DNA of 60,619 nucleotides from an uncultured Nitrospinota bacterium (GTDB taxonomy: Bacteria; Nitrospinota; Nitrospinia; CAJXCL01): NCBI GenBank assembly GCA_964394335.1, contig CAYMVZ010000002.1:1-60619 (forward strand), given 5' to 3'. Each line of letters begins with the position of its first letter. The stretch's first letter is position 1. Under the pieces are notes generated by a model that was not told the DNA's origin, did not search any database, and worked only from the letters and a program-made list of their open reading frames with translations. Positions 31,112 through 41,560 of this stretch are shown in pieces. A program made the position numbers and the translations under genes.

Positions 31112-31987
31112 ATGGATCAAGCAGATACACTGCGAAAAATAGCTAATAAAACTAATTTTTCTGAGAGTCGAAAAGAAATGAAAAAAGAGAAAAACAACAA
31201 TGAATCAGTCAGGATAATTGCTGTGACCAGCGGCAAAGGAGGGGTAGGTAAAACTAATGTGGTAGCAAACCTGGCCTTCGCGTTAGAAAAGCATGATAAA
31301 AATACTCTTATATTTGACGCGGATACAGGCCTTGGAAATGTCGATATACTCCTTGGTTTAGCCCCAAAATATAATCTTAAGCATGTGTTGAAAAGGGAGA
31401 AAGATATAAAGGACGTAATTATAAACCATAAAAAAGGAATAAGCGTTTTACCTGCCGCATCCGGCATACAGGAGTTGGCAGAACTGAACAGAGACCAGCG
31501 TCTCATTATTTCTGAAGAATTTGATTCTCTTGCGGATAATTATGATTACATACTGCTGGATACTGGAGCCGGAATATCACCTAATGTTACTCATTTTTGT
31601 GCATCTGCTCATAACATTCTGGTGGTTGTATCACCAGAACCTACCTCCCTTACAGATGCCTATGCTTTGATAAAGGTGCTTTTTTTAAATCACAATCAAA
31701 AGCAATTTAAACTTCTTATTAATTTAGCGAAATCGGACAAAGAAGCAATAGAGGTATATAAACAGTTGAGTACCGTTATACACAAGTTTTTGCCCTTAAT
31801 TTCTGTAGATTATGCAGGTTACGTATTATATGATGAAAATATGGCTAAATCCGTACGAATGCAAAAATCTATTGTTGATTTTTACCCATACTCAAAAGCG
31901 AGTAAAGGCTTTTTAAAATTAGCAGAAAAAATTGCGGGATTGGAACCAGCCCTGTTTTTAACAGAAAATAAAATTAATATTTTTTAA
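31112..31987 (+). CDS. flhG: MinD-like ATPase FlhG/FleN
   Basis: MDQADTLR N-terminus, SGKGGVGKTN, DTGAG, PEPTSLTDAY. Confidence 0.94.
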   Translation: MDQADTLRKIANKTNFSESRKEMKKEKNNNESVRIIAVTSGKGGVGKTNVVANLAFALEKHDKNTLIFDADTGLGNVDILLGLAPKYNLKHVLKREKDIKDVIINHKKGISVLPAASGIQELAELNRDQRLIISEEFDSLADNYDYILLDTGAGISPNVTHFCASAHNILVVVSPEPTSLTDAYALIKVLFLNHNQKQFKLLINLAKSDKEAIEVYKQLSTVIHKFLPLISVDYAGYVLYDENMAKSVRMQKSIVDFYPYSKASKGFLKLAEKIAGLEPALFLTENKINIF

Positions 31988-32016
31988 TAAACAAATTTCG
32001 AAATTAATTTGTATAG

Positions 32017-32382
32017 ATGTTAATTCTTCCGAATCAGGCAGGTGTGGCACTTGGGATGTTTGCGTTTGCAATTGCATCTCTGGTAAGTATTTTCTCTGAA
32101 GTGGCGCTTGAGATAGCGGTTCTCAGAGGGGGAATTGCTTTTCTGATTTTTTCGGTTTTCGGCTGGTTAATGGCATATCTTATTTACGAAGAGGAAAAAC
32201 CGGAAACCGAAAAGAAAAAACCTGCATATGATGATGCTAAAGCTGAGGAAGAAACTGTTTCAGCTCCGGTCGAATCTACTGCAGCTGCAAAAAGTCCTGT
32301 TGCAGTTCCGGCAACTGGAGATAGCACAACCGGTGATTTAGATGATCAGGGTTTAGAGGTGCCGGATGATAGTGATTTCTAA
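32017..32382 (+). CDS. Hypothetical 2-TM protein with acidic Ala/Pro/Glu-rich tail
   Basis: ORF fills the flhG-fliA gap in operon orientation; two hydrophobic segments. Confidence 0.7.
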   Translation: MLILPNQAGVALGMFAFAIASLVSIFSEVALEIAVLRGGIAFLIFSVFGWLMAYLIYEEEKPETEKKKPAYDDAKAEEETVSAPVESTAAAKSPVAVPATGDSTTGDLDDQGLEVPDDSDF

Positions 32383-32403
32383 TCTTAGGTAATATGGAAT
32401 GTT

Positions 32404-33201
32404 ATGAATAAAGGCATTTATCAAAAAGCTTATGTGGATAATCTCCCTAAAAAACAAAATAATATCCTTGGGACTGCTATAGATCCCAGCAATATGGATA
32501 AACTGGTGGAGGAATATGCACCTCTTATTAAATATATAGCTCATAGAATTGCTAAACGACTCCCTCCTCATATAGAGGTTGATGATCTTATGGGCTCGGG
32601 AGCATTAGGTCTAATAGATGCTATTGAAAAATTTGATCCAAATCGAGGAGCTCAATTTAAAACTTACGCGGAATTTCGAATCAGAGGGGCCATCATGGAT
32701 GAACTTCGTTCATTGGACTGGGTACCTCGCTCGGTACGGCAGAAGGCCAATCAATTGCAGGAAGCATGTCAAAAGCTTGAACATAAATTAGGTCGGTCCG
32801 CGGAAGACGACGAGGTGGCGAAGGCCATGGGAATTGAATTGGAAGAATACCACAATATTGTCAATCATTCTGCTAATATGCCTTTCTTAAGCCTTGATGA
32901 TCTTGGCTTAGGGCACAAAGAAGATCGTAAAAGTTTGCTGGATTGCCTGGCAGGTTCCAAAGATGCAAATCCACAAACTCATGCGCGCCTCAATGAACTA
33001 AAAAAAACCATTGCAGAAGCAATAGACAGCTTACCGGAAAAAGAAAGACTGATGATTTCTCTTTATTATTATGAAGAATTAACAATGAAAGAAATAGGAG
33101 CGGTTTTGGAAATAACAGAATCACGTGTTTCTCAAATCCACTCCAAGGCTGTTTTAAAACTTAAATTAAAGCTAAAGAAACTTATGACTGAATACGATTA
33201 A
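32404..33201 (+). CDS. fliA: Flagellar sigma28 factor
   Basis: YAPLIKYIA, AQFKTYAEFRIRGAIMDELRSLDW, TESRVSQIH. Confidence 0.96.
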   Translation: MNKGIYQKAYVDNLPKKQNNILGTAIDPSNMDKLVEEYAPLIKYIAHRIAKRLPPHIEVDDLMGSGALGLIDAIEKFDPNRGAQFKTYAEFRIRGAIMDELRSLDWVPRSVRQKANQLQEACQKLEHKLGRSAEDDEVAKAMGIELEEYHNIVNHSANMPFLSLDDLGLGHKEDRKSLLDCLAGSKDANPQTHARLNELKKTIAEAIDSLPEKERLMISLYYYEELTMKEIGAVLEITESRVSQIHSKAVLKLKLKLKKLMTEYD

Positions 33202-33271
33202 TTATATATAGAGGAATCTATTTTGTGTTAATGCATAATGTTTTTATGATACAATATATGGGGTAAGTAAA

Positions 33272-33577
33272 ATGGTAGAACCCATAAGTCTTCAGCAAAT
33301 TCTATCCATGGGCACTCAGGTTGAGAAGATGCAGCAAGTGCATCAGAATCAGCATGATGTAAGTGTGCGGAATTTTGCACAAGACATGCGGGCAACCCTT
33401 GATGAAAAAAAAGTCGAAGTACCGGTCCAAGAAGAGGGCAGTGAGATAAAATCCGCAGATGACCAATCCCGCCAGAAAGCTAACCAAGAACAAAAAAACA
33501 AACAACAGAATGATGACAGCCAGAAAAAAAGTGGCGAAGATATTGATCATGGGAACCGTATCAATGTTGTGGTTTAA
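33272..33577 (+). CDS. Hypothetical Gln-rich small protein
   Basis: 101-aa ORF in operon orientation after fliA; ends GNRINVVV. Confidence 0.65.
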   Translation: MVEPISLQQILSMGTQVEKMQQVHQNQHDVSVRNFAQDMRATLDEKKVEVPVQEEGSEIKSADDQSRQKANQEQKNKQQNDDSQKKSGEDIDHGNRINVVV

Positions 33578-33614
33578 AAGCTCCAGCACAAGGATTAAAA
33601 TTGTTAATTATTAA

Positions 33615-34127
33615 ATGATAACTCTATGGATTGCTATACAGGCTGTTGTAGATATATTGATATTAGTAGCTATTCTTTTTTATATTTTTGATCTAAAAAA
33701 TAAAAAAAAGAAAGAGAAACTAAATGTCAATCTGAAAAAAAAAGAAACACTGGAGCTTGTCCAGTCACTTGATAGGCTAATTACCGAATCGGAGCGTGCG
33801 TCAATAGATATTTCCGATAAAGCACTGCTTAGCCAGAAAAAAATCCAGGAACTGCTTGATCAATTAGAAATAAAAAAGAAAGAATTACAAGAAGAGGCAA
33901 AGAATGCGGAAGCCCTCATAGAACAGATTCAAAATCAATTAGAAACAAACTCCAATCAAAATGAGTCAATCCCTTCCGAGGGAGATAAATATTCAGAAGC
34001 AGCTAAGTTAGCCAAAACCGGTTTAAATGCCGAGGAAATTTCCAGGCAACTGGACTTGCCTAAAGGAGAAGTAGAGCTGATCCTCAATCTCCCCCTCCAA
34101 AACGCCAAAAAAAATCAAGAAAACTAA
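33615..34127 (+). CDS. TM + coiled-coil protein with DUF2802-like C-terminal helix-turn-helix
   Basis: KYSEAAKLAKTGLNAEEISRQLDLPKGEVELIL. Confidence 0.7.
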   Translation: MITLWIAIQAVVDILILVAILFYIFDLKNKKKKEKLNVNLKKKETLELVQSLDRLITESERASIDISDKALLSQKKIQELLDQLEIKKKELQEEAKNAEALIEQIQNQLETNSNQNESIPSEGDKYSEAAKLAKTGLNAEEISRQLDLPKGEVELILNLPLQNAKKNQEN

Positions 34128-34259
34128 ACTCTTTTTCAAGAGACCATACTTTTACAAACACGCAATCGCTGTTGAAAAATTCCAAAAGGTGAGGTTTTAA
34201 ATTTATATATTTGCTATTATTAGTTTTCTACTGCCCTTTGGTCAATTAATGAATTTTCA

Positions 34260-35438
34260 ATGTTAAATTTCTTTAGAAAAGAGCTTCAAAACCTGAAAAA
34301 CATTGACCTGTACAGAAAGTTAAGATTAGTACAGGGTGCCCAGGGGCCTTGCGTTTCTATGAATGGAAAAAAGGTTATTCTTCTTTGCTCCAACAATTAT
34401 CTGGGACTCGCAAATCACCCTTCTGTTAAAAAAGCTGCCAATAAAGCAATAAAAGACTTTGGATGTGGTGCCGGAGCATCACGCCTTATTTCGGGGACGA
34501 TGACACTCCACAGTGAGTTAGAAAAAAAAATAGCGCTTTTCAAAAACACGAATTCCGCTTTAGTTTTTAATTCCGGATACCATGCAAACATAGGCATGCT
34601 CTCTGCTTTAATGAAAAAAAGAGATATTGTTTTTTGCGATGAACTAAACCATGCCAGTATTATTGACGGCTGTAGGCTCAGCGGGGCAAAAACGACCATC
34701 TATCCTCATAAAGATATGGACGCTCTTGAAAGGCATTTAAAAAAATCAAACGGGTACAAAAAGAAACTAATCGTGACGGATGGTGTTTTTAGTATGGATG
34801 GTGATATAGCTCCATTGCCTGACATTGTTTTTCTTGCGAAAAAATATTCGGCTTTTACCATGGTGGACGATGCTCATGCTACAGGAGTTTTTGGAAAAAA
34901 TGGAAAAGGGATAACAGAACACTTTAATCTTTCATCCAATGAGATCGATATTCAGATGGGAACTTTTGGAAAAGCTTTAGGGAGTTTTGGAGCTTATATT
35001 GCAGGCAACAAGGAATTAATAAATTATTTAATTAACAGGGCCCGGTCTTTTATCTATACAACAGCGCTTCCTCCGTCTGTGCCGGCTGCATCTTTAGCTG
35101 CTATTGAAATGATTCAATTAAAACCGGGTTTAAGAAAGAAACTTTGGGAAAATGTGGATTATTTTAAGAAAGGGCTTCAAAAAAAAGGGTTTAAAAATTT
35201 TGACAGCCAGAGTCAGATTATACCCATTATTGTTGGCAATTCAAAAAAGGTCGTTATGGCAAGTGAATACCTGCTTAACAAAGGGGTTTTTGTAGTGGGG
35301 ATTCGCCCCCCTGCTGTACCTAGAAAAAAAGAAAGGCTCCGAATCACAATTATGTCTTCACATACAAGGAAAGATTTGGACTATGCCTTAGATGCACTGC
35401 TAAAAATGAAAGAAAAATTTTTAGATTATAAACCATAA
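34260..35438 (+). CDS. bioF: 8-amino-7-oxononanoate synthase
   Basis: CSNNYLGLA, SGYHAN, DELNHASIIDG, VFSMDGD, DDAHA, GTFGKALG. Confidence 0.9.
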   Translation: MLNFFRKELQNLKNIDLYRKLRLVQGAQGPCVSMNGKKVILLCSNNYLGLANHPSVKKAANKAIKDFGCGAGASRLISGTMTLHSELEKKIALFKNTNSALVFNSGYHANIGMLSALMKKRDIVFCDELNHASIIDGCRLSGAKTTIYPHKDMDALERHLKKSNGYKKKLIVTDGVFSMDGDIAPLPDIVFLAKKYSAFTMVDDAHATGVFGKNGKGITEHFNLSSNEIDIQMGTFGKALGSFGAYIAGNKELINYLINRARSFIYTTALPPSVPAASLAAIEMIQLKPGLRKKLWENVDYFKKGLQKKGFKNFDSQSQIIPIIVGNSKKVVMASEYLLNKGVFVVGIRPPAVPRKKERLRITIMSSHTRKDLDYALDALLKMKEKFLDYKP

Positions 35439-35511
35439 CGGCAGATTTAACAGCGTGGCAAAGCTGGAACCAAACATGAATAAGGCGCAAAAATTTTCTT
35501 TTATTGCAAAG

Positions 35512-35618
35512 GCACAGAGGCTACAGAGAAATTATTCAGGGGGCAGACTTTTTATTTCTGATCCTCGATAAACGAACCCTGATCCCAAAATTATTAATCT
35601 TTGCGTCTCTGCGGTTAA
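35512..35618. repeat. MITE/REP-like element with inverted ends
   Basis: GCACAGAGGCTACAGAGAA ... TCTTTGCGTCTCTGCGGTTAA between convergent genes. Confidence 0.5.
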
Positions 35619-35651
35619 TTTACATCAAAAAAAAGTAATGGTTATTAAGGG

Positions 35652-36245
35652 TTAATTTAAAATCGGATCAGGTGGATAGGTGGAAAGCAAAGCATACTGG
35701 CCGCCCATTGATCTTAGAATCTGCCGCCATAATTTGTCAGGCTCAGGGTAAAAAACAAAGCCTTCTCTGGCAGGACAGACTATCCAGGATTTTATTTTTA
35801 ATTCTTCATCAAGTTGTCCTGCTGCCCAACCAGCGCTTCCAAGGTAAAGCCGGTAAGAAATATCTCCCTCAGTTTTATTTGACAATAAATTATTTAAATA
35901 ATTAACATCTCCTCCCAGGAACACACCGTCGCATATTTTTTCAGTTTTTTTTAAGAGGCCATTATTATTATGCAAATATAACAGATGATTTGTTTGAACA
36001 GGTCCCCCGCTGAACACTTTGTTTTTGTTTTTAGTCGCATTAGGGTTATTCTTCAACACTTCTGCAATCGATACATTAAGAACTCTATTAACAACTAATC
36101 CAAATGCCCCGTCTTGATTATATTCACAGATTAACACCACGGTTAGATTGAAATTCGGATCCTGTAAACGCGGATTAGCTATAAGAAACGAGCCTTTGGT
36201 CAGAGTTTTTTGCATGTCGATTTTATTGTCTTTCGTTATTTCCAA
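35652..36245 (-). CDS. YqgE/AlgH family protein
   Basis: FLIANP.LQDPNF, GAFGLVVNR, GGPVQ, YLGSAGWAAGQLDEE. Confidence 0.93.
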   Translation of the reverse strand: MEITKDNKIDMQKTLTKGSFLIANPRLQDPNFNLTVVLICEYNQDGAFGLVVNRVLNVSIAEVLKNNPNATKNKNKVFSGGPVQTNHLLYLHNNNGLLKKTEKICDGVFLGGDVNYLNNLLSNKTEGDISYRLYLGSAGWAAGQLDEELKIKSWIVCPAREGFVFYPEPDKLWRQILRSMGGQYALLSTYPPDPILN

Positions 36246-36387
36246 ATAAAGTGCAATATATTCTGGTGCTGCAATAGATATTTTGTATTTTTATATCATG
36301 AATTATTGTAAAAAATATACTATACAAATGTCAATAGTTCGGATAAACTGACTTTTTATTTTTAAATATTTCGATAGGAGAATTTTT

Positions 36388-37491
36388 ATGAAGTTAAAGT
36401 TCGTTGTTTCTATTTTAGCTACAATAAGTATTTTCATGGCAGGAATATTTTTTTCTGCTTGCAATAAGAAAAGCGAATCTCCACCAGAGGCATCCGCAGA
36501 AACGGGAAAAACATTAAAGGCAATAGAAAAATTTGAAACTATAGAGGATGCATCAAACCCGGAAAGCACATTGAAGTTAATTGATGAAGCTTCAAACTCA
36601 TTACCCGAAGTAGTTGCAAAAGTAAACGATGCAAAAATAACAAGCAGATCCATTAAAGCATCTTTACAGAGGTTAAAAGTTCAGGCAGGCCACCAAAATC
36701 AAGTGATGAGTAAACAGCAAATCAAGCAAATGGTTAACCAAATATTAGAGACGGAAATCCAACGTGAGGTTATGTTCCAGCATGGAAAGAAATTGAAAAT
36801 CGAAGTTTTGGATAAAGATATTTCCAAAATAACAGACCTGATGAAAAGTAGATTTAAAAACGAAGAAGAGTTTTTGAACGAATTTTCAAAAAGTGGGATG
36901 AACTTAGAAATGTTGAAAAAGCAAATTAGTCGAAATATTGTAGTTACCAGAGTCATTCAAAAAGAGATTAACGACAAAATAGAAATCAGTGACCAACAAG
37001 CCATGGATTTTTATAAAAAAAATGAGAAGTCTTTTAAAAATCCGGAATCGGTTCATGCGGCGCATATATTGATTAAAGTAGATAAAAAATTTAGTGATAA
37101 AGATAATGAAATCGCAAGAAAGAAAATTGAAGATATTTTGAAAAAAGTAAAAAAAGGAGAAGATTTTGCTGATTTAGCTAAGCAATATTCTGAGGGACCC
37201 AGCGCATCCCGAGGAGGAGATTTAGGCAACGTTACCAGGAACCAAATGGTGAAAGAGTTTGAAGACGCTGTTTTCAAGCTCAAAGAGGGGGAAGTCAGTG
37301 ATGTTGTTGAAACCCAATTTGGTTTCCATATCATTAAAGCGTATGAGAAAAAAGAAGCTGGCGGTTTGGTCCCGTTTGATCAAGTAAAAGAAAATATTTC
37401 GAATTTCTTAAAGCGTTCTGAAGCCGATCAAAAGACAAAAACTTATGTTGAGGATCTTGAGAGAAAAGCAGATATAAAAAGGTTTATTTAA
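36388..37491 (+). CDS. SurA/PrsA-like parvulin peptidyl-prolyl isomerase, lipoprotein
   Basis: Lipobox FSAC; VHAAHILI, FADLAKQYSEGPSASRGGDLG, ETQFGFHIIK. Confidence 0.9.
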   Translation: MKLKFVVSILATISIFMAGIFFSACNKKSESPPEASAETGKTLKAIEKFETIEDASNPESTLKLIDEASNSLPEVVAKVNDAKITSRSIKASLQRLKVQAGHQNQVMSKQQIKQMVNQILETEIQREVMFQHGKKLKIEVLDKDISKITDLMKSRFKNEEEFLNEFSKSGMNLEMLKKQISRNIVVTRVIQKEINDKIEISDQQAMDFYKKNEKSFKNPESVHAAHILIKVDKKFSDKDNEIARKKIEDILKKVKKGEDFADLAKQYSEGPSASRGGDLGNVTRNQMVKEFEDAVFKLKEGEVSDVVETQFGFHIIKAYEKKEAGGLVPFDQVKENISNFLKRSEADQKTKTYVEDLERKADIKRFI

Positions 37492-37600
37492 GACAGACAG
37501 TAAAAAAAAATGGTTCAATATGTTTGTATTAGCCGAAGAATACGCTGACCGGTTGAAAAGTGCATTTTGGATCGAAGAGACCTATCGTACAATTTCATAA

Positions 37601-37680
37601 CCAGCAGTAATTGCTATAAGCCATATGCCTAATTCTTTTCGCCTACTGCTTGGTTGCGGCTGAAAGCCACACCGCAGTCT
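37601..37680. repeat. REP-like double hairpin between convergent genes
   Basis: CAGCAGTA...TACTGCTTG, then TTGCGGCTGAAAGCCACACCGCAG. Confidence 0.45.
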
Positions 37681-37699
37681 CTATAGTGAACAATTATAT

Positions 37700-38911
37700 T
37701 TACGATAAACAATCCAGAAAGCTTGTTCCAATTAATCCTGATGTCATTAATGTCTGGTTTGATTGATTTGATGATAATATTCCAAAATTATCCGCTACAG
37801 TGGCTCCCAAGTCAGCAAATGTCTGGCGTGTCCCTAGGTCTCCGCAATTTTTTGATTGAGGATTGTATACTAACAAAGGCACATACTCCCTGTTATGGTC
37901 TGTTCCCGGGAATGTAGGGTCATTACCATGGTCTGCAGAGACTATTAAAAGATCATCATCAGATATCTTTTTTAACAAACCAACAAGCCATCTGTCAAAC
38001 TGCTCGAGGGCCAAAGCGTATCCTTTTGGATCATTTCGATGTCCGTATAACATATCAAAATCGATAAGGTTTGCGAAAATCAAACCTTCTTTTTCCATGT
38101 CCATGAGTTCAAGGATTTTTAACATGCTTGAATTGTTTCCCCTGGTATGATGTGATTGTGTCAAGCCTCTTCCGGCAAATATATCTTCAATCTTACCAAT
38201 TCCAACTATCTGACAGCCAGCATTTTTTAATTGATCCAAATAAGTTCTCTCTGGCGGCGGTAGAGAATAATCCTGCCTATCATCAGTGCGTGTGAATGAA
38301 CCTGGTTTTCCAATAAAAGGGCGAGCTATAACACGGCAGACTTCATATGGTGGTTTTAAAAGTTCTCTGGCAAATAAGCAGATTTCATATAGCTTTTCCA
38401 ATGGACAAACTGATTTATGCGCTGCAATTTGGAAAACAGAATCTGCTGATGTGTAAACAATAGGTGAACCTGTTTTCAGGTGCTCTTCACCTAAGATGTT
38501 AATTATTTCCGTTCCCGAAGCAGCGCAATTACCCATAACTTTTTTGCCGATTTTCTTTTCAAATGGCTTAATGATTTCTGGGGGGAAACCTTTGGGGAAA
38601 GTTGGAAAGGGTTTCTTTAAATTTATTCCCATAATTTCCCAGTGGCCTGTAGTTGTATCTTTTCCTTTAGATTTTTCCCTCATTTTTCCAAAAAACGCAT
38701 TTGGCTTTTCTGTTTTAGAAAGGCCTTTAATGGTTACAATATTTCCCATTCCCATTTGTTGAAGATTGGGCAGGTGTATCCCCTTTACTGATTCAGCTAT
38801 GTGTTGAAGCGTGGCAGCTCCCTGATCTCCGTATTCAGCAGCGTCCGGGAGTTCACCCACACCTAAACTATCCAGAATAATAAGGAGAATTCGTTTAAAT
38901 CGAAGAGGCAT
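37700..38911 (-). CDS. deoB: Phosphopentomutase
   Basis: [49 protein letters not shown]. Confidence 0.96.
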   Translation of the reverse strand: MPLRFKRILLIILDSLGVGELPDAAEYGDQGAATLQHIAESVKGIHLPNLQQMGMGNIVTIKGLSKTEKPNAFFGKMREKSKGKDTTTGHWEIMGINLKKPFPTFPKGFPPEIIKPFEKKIGKKVMGNCAASGTEIINILGEEHLKTGSPIVYTSADSVFQIAAHKSVCPLEKLYEICLFARELLKPPYEVCRVIARPFIGKPGSFTRTDDRQDYSLPPPERTYLDQLKNAGCQIVGIGKIEDIFAGRGLTQSHHTRGNNSSMLKILELMDMEKEGLIFANLIDFDMLYGHRNDPKGYALALEQFDRWLVGLLKKISDDDLLIVSADHGNDPTFPGTDHNREYVPLLVYNPQSKNCGDLGTRQTFADLGATVADNFGILSSNQSNQTLMTSGLIGTSFLDCLS

Positions 38912-38912
38912 G

Positions 38913-39536
38913 CTATTTTATAAGGTATTGGGTAAAGTAAATTTTTACAGCAGTACCTTTTTGGAGGGAACGATTTAAGATTTTAAGAATTTCTTGCCCG
39001 AGTTTTGTTTTGTCAGTATCCGATTTTAGATCACTCAAACTCTTTTTTTTTAGCTCAAAAGATACGTTTGCTCTTAAAAGCGCAATGTTTTGATCGATTT
39101 CTTTTAAAACTACTTCATTACTAAGGTCAAAGGAGAAGGCTATTTTAAGAAAGGATTCTTCACTGTTTTTTGATTTGATGGGAAAGAAAAAAGGAGTAAA
39201 TTCATATTGAGGCACTATTTTAAAAGATGGAACTGCTTCCTCTACAGGTTTCTCAGCGACCGGCTCCGGCTCTGGTTCTGGTTCCGGTTTGAGAGAAAAA
39301 TAAACAATAACCCCAGTGAGTAATATAAATATTAAAATGCCGGCGCCGGCTAATTTAAGAGTTTTAGACGGTATTTCATTAAACTTCTCAGTAAGCTTTT
39401 GTATAAAGCCGGACCCTTTTTCTTCAGGTATTTCAGGTTCTTCAGGTTCCGGAGGAGCTTTTTCTTCTTCTTCAAAACCTTCTGGTATTTTGAGATCAAG
39501 GTCAATATCGAGTTCTGTTTTACGTTTTTTTCCCAT
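38913..39536 (-). CDS. Second FliL-family protein
   Basis: Acidic/Pro N-terminus, [29 protein letters not shown]...IYFTQYLI. Confidence 0.75.
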   Translation of the reverse strand: MGKKRKTELDIDLDLKIPEGFEEEEKAPPEPEEPEIPEEKGSGFIQKLTEKFNEIPSKTLKLAGAGILIFILLTGVIVYFSLKPEPEPEPEPVAEKPVEEAVPSFKIVPQYEFTPFFFPIKSKNSEESFLKIAFSFDLSNEVVLKEIDQNIALLRANVSFELKKKSLSDLKSDTDKTKLGQEILKILNRSLQKGTAVKIYFTQYLIK

Positions 39537-39613
39537 ACTCCGAGCTTAGTTTGTTTAGTCCAGATTGTCTTAAAAAGGATAGAACTTAAAATAAATGTAG
39601 AAAATCTTTGATG

Positions 39614-40765
39614 TTAATGCCCTAATTTTTTCAGTATCAATTGAGCATCTTTAAAGTCCAGATTGATTCCCAAGGCCTTTTTGAAATGATGGACTGCTTT
39701 TGGTTTGTTATTTGCTTCAATGTAAGCTCTGCCTATGTTATAATGTATACCTTCATCATTTTGATCAAGCTTAATCGCCTTGTGATATTCTTTAATAGCC
39801 TCGTTGACCCTGCCCTTTCGCCTGAGGGCAATCCCAAGGCGGTTGTAAACATGTATATCTTCTTTTTGGTTTAAAGAATGTTTAAATGCAGCAGCGGCTT
39901 TTTCCGCATGGCCACCCGCTAAAAAGATTTCACCGATATTTGTTTTAAGCTCGGGATTATTCGGTTCAGCTTCTACCGCTTTTTCAAATGCTTTTTCTGC
40001 TTGTTCCACATCACCACTTTCCAAGTACATTTTACCTAAAGTAGTTTGCCTTTTAGAGTTGTGCGGGCTGATTTTTATCGCTTTTTCAAATGAAACAAGG
40101 GCTTTTTCTTTATCGCCAACTTCCTGATAAAGATCACCAAGGGATTGATGTACTTTAATATACTGTGGATTGATTGAGACAGCCTCCTGAAGCGACTCTT
40201 CTGCTTTCTCAATATTACCCATTTTTTTATACGCTTCACCAATTAGCTGTCGTACCCGGGCGCTTTTCGGAGATAATTCCAAAGCCTTCTCAAACATCTC
40301 TATAGCTTTTCCGTAATCTTCCTGCTTTGTTAAATTAATACCTCCTTGAATTAACTTGTCAAACTCAGTGGGCGAACTTCTTCTTTCGAGAATAGATTTA
40401 ATCTTGCTTTCCAGGGTCAAGGCAACAAAAGGCTTTATAATATAACCATCTATATCATTTTCAGCGGCCTGGGCTATTTGTGACTCTTCCACTTCCGCTG
40501 TAACCATCAAAATTGGAATATCGGAAAATCGTTGACCTTCCCTTGTTTTTTGAACTACCTCAATGCCCGCCATACGCGGCATGTTCCAATCTAAGATAAG
40601 GAAGTCTGGTTGAAAATCAAACATTTTTTTTAAACAATTTTCTCCATTGTTTGCTTCATCTATAAATTCGTAGCCAATGTAGCGAAGCATATTCCTGATG
40701 GTCCTCCTCATGTTTGTCATATCGTCGACAACGAGGATTTTCATGTTTTTTTCTTTGTTAAGCAT
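39614..40765 (-). CDS. Response regulator: receiver domain + TPR repeats
   Basis: ILVVDD, LDWNMP phospho-Asp, YIIKPF, multiple TPRs. Confidence 0.92.
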   Translation of the reverse strand: MLNKEKNMKILVVDDMTNMRRTIRNMLRYIGYEFIDEANNGENCLKKMFDFQPDFLILDWNMPRMAGIEVVQKTREGQRFSDIPILMVTAEVEESQIAQAAENDIDGYIIKPFVALTLESKIKSILERRSSPTEFDKLIQGGINLTKQEDYGKAIEMFEKALELSPKSARVRQLIGEAYKKMGNIEKAEESLQEAVSINPQYIKVHQSLGDLYQEVGDKEKALVSFEKAIKISPHNSKRQTTLGKMYLESGDVEQAEKAFEKAVEAEPNNPELKTNIGEIFLAGGHAEKAAAAFKHSLNQKEDIHVYNRLGIALRRKGRVNEAIKEYHKAIKLDQNDEGIHYNIGRAYIEANNKPKAVHHFKKALGINLDFKDAQLILKKLGH

Positions 40766-40768
40766 TGA

Positions 40769-41560
40769 TTAAGTTCTCTCAGCAGTCGAAAGAGTAAAAC
40801 TAAAGGTGCTTCCTTTGCCCTCTTTGCTTTCAACCCAGATCATTCCATTGTGAGCTTCAAGCGCCATTTTGCAAAAGGTTAGCCCGAGGCCGGTACTGTG
40901 TTGTATCCTATTACCATTTTTCACTTCTTGACAGAATTTGTCAAATATTTTTTTTTGAAATTCTTTGGGTATCCCTTTTCCCTGGTCTGCTACACTTACT
41001 TTTAAAAAATCTTTTTCTCCGTTTGGTTCCACAATGATTTTGATTTCACTTTGAGGAGGAGAATAAGATATAGCATTTAAAAGCAAATTTGACAAAACTC
41101 GTTCAATAATTTCCTTATCAGCATCTACCGGTTTAAGTTCTCCTTTAGCTTCCATAGTAACACAAATTTCATTTTGTTTCGCAATCGTTTTAATTTTTTT
41201 TATGCTTTCCGTAATCATTTCATCTATGTGGAATGATTTTTTGTTGAGAATCATACTTCCTTCTTCAATTTTGCTGATTTCCAGTATATTTAAAATCATC
41301 CGGTAAAGGTTTTCACATCCCATGATCGCAGTTTCCAAGTATTCTCGATTAAGGTCGGAAAGTGATTTATCACAATTCAACAAATCCAGGTTGGCTGTAA
41401 TTTCACCCACAGGCCCTTTCAGATCATGAATAATCATCTTGAACAAATCTCCTTGCGTGCTCTGGAGTTCTTCCAGCTTTTTATTTTTTTTTTCTAATTC
41501 CCGGATATCTTTTTTTAAAGATTCTATTTCCGTTATATGATTGGTATTTTCTTCTATCAT
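40769..41560 (-). CDS. Cytoplasmic histidine kinase without sensor domain (ATG 41560 preferred over GTG 41578)
   Basis: H-box HDLKGP, N-box NLLLNA, DQGKGI, GLGL; only a short coiled coil precedes the H-box; TAATG overlap with the upstream gene. Confidence 0.9.
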   Translation of the reverse strand: MIEENTNHITEIESLKKDIRELEKKNKKLEELQSTQGDLFKMIIHDLKGPVGEITANLDLLNCDKSLSDLNREYLETAIMGCENLYRMILNILEISKIEEGSMILNKKSFHIDEMITESIKKIKTIAKQNEICVTMEAKGELKPVDADKEIIERVLSNLLLNAISYSPPQSEIKIIVEPNGEKDFLKVSVADQGKGIPKEFQKKIFDKFCQEVKNGNRIQHSTGLGLTFCKMALEAHNGMIWVESKEGKGSTFSFTLSTAERT

